A stretch of 64,000 nt of DNA from Gemmatimonadales bacterium (GTDB lineage Bacteria; Gemmatimonadota; Gemmatimonadetes; Gemmatimonadales; GWC2-71-9). This document shows positions 63,221-64,000 of this stretch, piece by piece (position 1 is the first letter of the stretch; each line of letters starts with the position of its first letter). Made by a program: the position numbers and the translations under genes. Below the pieces are notes generated by a model, which saw only the letters and a list, made by a program, of their open reading frames with translations, ran no database searches and was not told the DNA's origin. The stretch lies in NCBI GenBank assembly GCA_036499125.1, contig DASYEH010000014.1:53156-117155 (forward strand), read 5' to 3'.

Positions 63221-64000
63221 CTACGGCTTTTTGGCGAAGCGAAGCCAGCGGAGTTCGAGTGCGGCGTTGGCGCCGACGCGCTGGACCAGGATCGAGTCGC
63301 CGCCAAAGAGCAACGGACGGGTCTGGCGCGGCAACGCCATGCGGCCCACCGGTGCGCCGGTACGGTCGAGGACGTATAGCGCGACCGAATCCCCAGCGCC
63401 CGCCGGCGCGCCAACCAGCAGGACGCGATTGTCCGGGGCGACATACAACGCGGCGACAGCGGGGTAGTTCCCCGGCGTGCGCGCGACGCTCGAATCAAAT
63501 GCGGCCATGGCGCCGGGTTGATCGCCCGGCACCCGCGTGCGCAGTGCTGCGATGTCGGCTGGCATGATGGCAGCACCGGTGGCGGGGCTGGTGAGTGTCC
63601 AGCGCACCTGGCCGTGCGCCGAGACGCGCTGCACGTCACGGATATTGCCCGGACTCCAGACGACGTCACTGTCGGCAGCGATGGCGAAAGACGGCAAGGT
63701 GGGGAAGAGCGGCAGCGCATGCGCCGGCCGACCGTTGCGAATGATCAACCACGGCAGCGGCACCTTGAGCACGCTGACGCCGATGGTATCGCCCGGCGAG
63801 TCGATTTCGCGAACCTCGAACACTGCCGCAGAATCGGTCGGGATCTCATGCACCGATTGGAGCAAGGGAACACTTCCCGAGAAGCCAGTGGCAAAGGTGG
63901 GGCGGATGGTCGGAATCGGGTGGTTGGATTGGTAGTTGCCCTTCTTGTCGAACAGCAACGCGCGGGTGCCGAATGAGCCGACGTCGAGTACGGTAAAGCC
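63221..64000 (-). CDS. Beta-propeller protein (GAGPGE-family paralogue), 5' end outside the window
   Basis: Frame stays open from the TTG at 63958 to base 64000 (GFTVLDVGSFGTRALLFDKKGNYQ). C-terminal VALYVLDRTGAPVGRMALP...ILVQRVG...LRWLRF parallels the other three paralogues. Confidence 0.55.
   Translation of the reverse strand, partial: GFTVLDVGSFGTRALLFDKKGNYQSNHPIPTIRPTFATGFSGSVPLLQSVHEIPTDSAAVFEVREIDSPGDTIGVSVLKVPLPWLIIRNGRPAHALPLFPTLPSFAIAADSDVVWSPGNIRDVQRVSAHGQVRWTLTSPATGAAIMPADIAALRTRVPGDQPGAMAAFDSSVARTPGNYPAVAALYVAPDNRVLLVGAPAGAGDSVALYVLDRTGAPVGRMALPRQTRPLLFGGDSILVQRVGANAALELRWLRFAKKP

Overview
High-GC (~65-70%) chromosome segment from a diderm bacterium. LolA, an Omp85-type barrel, RND efflux, GWxTD-like and CHRD proteins suggest a Gemmatimonadota- or Acidobacteriota-like soil organism, but the taxon cannot be proven from this window. 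All family assignments come from reading the translated ORFs by eye; no searches were run.

Bases 1 to ~9070 are a visibly lower-GC accessory island. It ends exactly at a 5'-truncated comM/yifB gene, of which only the C-terminal ~160 codons survive. The island carries:
- an SF3/P4-like helicase fragment
- three XRE/HTH regulators
- a RuvC-like nuclease translationally coupled to one of those regulators
- an IS3-family transposase relic and degenerate regulator fragments
- an all-exported module: membrane-anchored DsbA, a beta-propeller lipoprotein, an 83-aa signal-peptide-bearing 8-cysteine mini-protein with its own SD and a perfect terminator, and a second beta-propeller. I rate this module the best candidate for an undescribed system.

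The rest of the window is core genome:
- a DipZ / ECF sigma / RskA-type anti-sigma locus
- two GWxTD-like + propeller gene pairs
- a long minus-strand cluster: MFP, two RND pumps, DUF3108-like protein, FMN glutamate-synthase-like protein, tandem retropepsin-like protein
- two S41 peptidases and a large M14 peptidase
- arfB and an orphan sigma-54 activator
- a tightly overlapped rpmE-prfA-prmC-ylbF-tmk-ctp operon
- aroF, lolA-like and smc
- a SPOR lipoprotein and an HExxH + TolB-propeller + Omp85-barrel fusion
- rsfS and rpsF-rpsR-DUF2232-rplI

The most unusual non-coding signal is an ~850-bp convergent intergenic satellite at 17.1-17.9 kb. It is built from phased 21-bp repeats, a 42-bp AT-core motif and hairpin units whose length varies by whole heptamers. 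The same CTGGACA-type heptamer forms arrays at two other intergenic sites (42.6 kb and 50.05 kb).

No rRNA, tRNA or CRISPR array was recognised.
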